Origin: Podarcis melisellensis
Lineage: Eukaryota
NCBI GenBank assembly: GCA_964234715.1
Contig: OZ174287.1
Reading direction: 5' to 3' (one strand)
DNA: 64,000 nucleotides
A program made the translations under genes and the position numbers. The notes beneath the pieces are model-generated. The model had not been told where the DNA came from and did not search any database. It worked only from the letters and a program-made list of their open reading frames with translations. Below are positions 61,201-64,000 of this stretch, one piece after another; positions within the stretch are counted from its first letter, which is position 1; each line of letters starts with the position of its first letter.

Positions 61201-64000
61201 AACCCCTTTGCAGGGGTAGCCAACACAGCACCCTCTCTAGATGCTGTGGGGCTCCCAAGTCCTATCAGCCCCAGCCATCTAGGGCCAATGGTCAGGAATA
61301 AGACTGGAGTTGTAGTTCAACAGCATCTGAAAGGTGCCCTGGCAGCTACCCGTAGATTAAGGGACGATGCCTCTGAGCTAAAATGTTTCCCCTTCCCCCA
61401 AAACAGCCTTACCGATGGCATCGCATTCCTAACCTTTTCCAGGCAGTGCTAGGGAGAACAGGAAGCAGAAGAATCTAGAAAACATCCAGATTGGAAATCA
61501 GCATCCCGCTTCAGGTCTGTGTCAGGCTGGCCATCTTGGTCCTGTGTCTTGTGGGCTGATTTTAGATTCCTCACCTGCTGAGACTAAAATGGCCGCTCTG
61601 ACTCAGGGTAAAGGCTCTCCCACATTAGTACCAAGTTCCCTCTTTGTATATTCTGAGGAAAGCAGGAGATTTAAAAACAACAAGCACCACCGACCAGATT
61701 ACCACATAAAGGGAGGATAACCGTTGCCAATTCTTCTGATCTGCCAAAATGAAAGAGATGTATAAACTAAAAAGGAAGAGTAGGTGGTGGCAGGGTGGGG
61801 TGGGGAAGAGGAAATGATCTTAAAAACAAAAACCCACCACTGCACCCAACTCTCCGTCTATGTGGATGATTCTTAGGGTGGGGGTTGAAAGTAAGTAAAT
61901 AGCGGTGGGTGGGTAGATGGATGAAAGGATAGGGAATGTGACTATTCAAGGAATGGGGGTGGGAAGGGTGGCAATAGGCTGCGTAAGGATGCATTGCGGA
62001 GGATGGACTGAGGTGTCATGGACTGGGGGGGGGGAGTGGCTGGTCAGAGATGTTACTGTGGGCTGACTGTAAGGGGTGATACTTTAATGGAAGGGATGTG
62101 GGAAGGAGTATGTAAAGATGGGGAGAGCATTTAAATATCAGAACTTAAAAAAAAAAAATCTCCAAAATTCTGCAATGGTAATAAATTGTGCATATTTGCA
62201 TACATTGAATTAATTTGCCTGATTTGCCACTGGGTTCCTCCAGAGTCCGAAAATGGATGTGGAGAAGAGGAGAGCTGTATGAGCAACAGGACCATTGGAG
62301 TGTGGCCTACATGGGTGTCACAGGACAACCGTCTGAAGGGAATAAAGGGGAGAATTCAACGTAGTGCTAGCCCCTTTGTAGCGCACTAGTTGCACCAGCG
62401 GAATGGCTTGCGCAAGAGAGGGCACACGGAGTGAGCATGGTGCTCATGGCTAGTTGCGTAAGAGACTGCTGTGGCGCTGCTGCTTTTTGTTGCGCAACAA
62501 GCACTAGAGCAACACGGTTGCACCGGAATTTGTACTGCACATCCTTAATGCTTGTGCAACATGCGCTGTGAGCCAGAGAAAGGCTGAACCTGGGCTACAC
62601 TTCCTCTCTGACTTTTGGCAAGGGAAGGCCATGTCGGCTGGCCATTTCAAAAGTCACATTAGTCCTAGGCACACATTAAAAGACTCCACATGCTGCAGGG
62701 AGCTGGGGCCTATCGCAACGCTCTCTTGCTGCCTTTTCCCTGTGGTATGCACACAGCGGATGAAAGGCATGCTTCCACTTTGCACGTTGTGGGGTGGCTT
62801 GGTGGCTGTGCCCATGCTTTGATTGTAGACGGTATCGGGTTCATCTCCAGGGAAAAGGATCGGACGGTAGGGAATGTGGAAGGGCTTTCCTTGCCCAAGA
62901 CCTTGGAGAGCTACTGCCAGACGGAATAGATAAAAACACAATTTCCTAAGTGAGCAAATGCAAAATTATTTTCTTCATTTATGCATTGCATTTAGCACAT
63001 ACCTGCTAGAAATGGAACAATCTAAAATTCCCATTAATGAATTGTGCTTTTCACAGTTTCCCCCTGCTACCCATGCATACCTTGACCGGCCCACTGTGAG
63101 ATTTGGTTTCCAGAGAATGAGAAAACAGAGCAGGAGTAGGTTTATATTAAACTTTATTAATATTAGAATTAGGAAGTATCAACACGGAGATATATACATA
63201 GCTAATGAGAGACTCCCCCACACGGCCACGGATAGCTGCACACCTCATGTGTCCCTATGCAATGATGCTTCTTATACACACACACATACAAGCCCGATAC
63301 CCCCAAATGGAACACATCATATCCTTTCCACACTTTGTTCAGGGCCACACCAAGCACCCAGCTATGTACACATGCACATATTTAGAGTGCATGTGTGCGC
63401 ACACCAACACAGACTCATTAAATAAAACGAGAAAGCTATTTATTGATGGGTAACTTGCTGTGAGGTACACTTGCTGAACTAAAGGCCTTGTATTATCCTA
63501 TTGGGGAAGGGAGGAGAATTTTACTATCCAATTCTTCCCTAGATTTCTGATCTGATGCAGATGCAGCAAGAAGACTCCCTCTTTCCCCACCACTTAGGAC
63601 AAAAAAAATCCAGTTTACTCAGCTGTTACACACACATCAAGGTAAGCCACCACCTTGTAACTTAGTCACCAGCACTGACCCATTTTTGCCCTTGGAAATA
63701 TGTCAACGGAACAAAGCAGTGGGACAGGATGGATTCTTTCCACTTGGGGGCCACAGAGCACACATAAGCTGGAATGGAATTCAATTTGCTTTCCCCTCTA
63801 AATGCAAACACCAGAACTCTGATTTTGTTTGAGTGTGTTACAATGAGCGCTCCTGCAAATCAAACGCTGCCATCTCTGTCATTCCTTCAAAGCAGAATGT
63901 CCCCAAATAAAAACTCTCACATCATTTCCACTCTCAGAAAACTCTGCAATTTGAATTCACACTACAGGCTTTCCAAGTAGAAATATCCAGAATGCAAACC

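Overview
Eukaryotic (vertebrate) genomic DNA from a squamate reptile, probably a lacertid lizard, judging from multiple Sauria SINEs, a BovB 3' end and squamate MITEs. Three protein-coding genes are well supported. (1) A single-coding-exon SOCS3-like gene (+, 17824-18438; KIR, SH2, SOCS box). It is probably the SOCS3b ohnolog absent from mammals, with a candidate STAT-responsive CpG-island promoter and first exon at about 9.6-11.0 kb. (2) RPS9 (-, 5 exons, 194 aa, TOP/TATA promoter at about 25.3 kb). Its last intron holds a stem-loop next to a cryptic donor, consistent with autoregulatory unproductive splicing. (3) LMTK3 (+, 15 coding exons 34828-58217, 1456 aa, all junctions GT-AG and in phase). 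A compact candidate 3-exon minus-strand gene encoding a 49-aa micropeptide can also be built at about 3.5-5.0 kb. The rest is intron and intergenic DNA rich in SINEs, MITEs (including a triple nest), L1/L2/CR1/RTE fragments, a solo LTR and microsatellites. No prokaryotic features, CRISPR arrays, rRNA or bona fide tRNA genes were seen. Repeat family names come from motif recognition, not from a database search.
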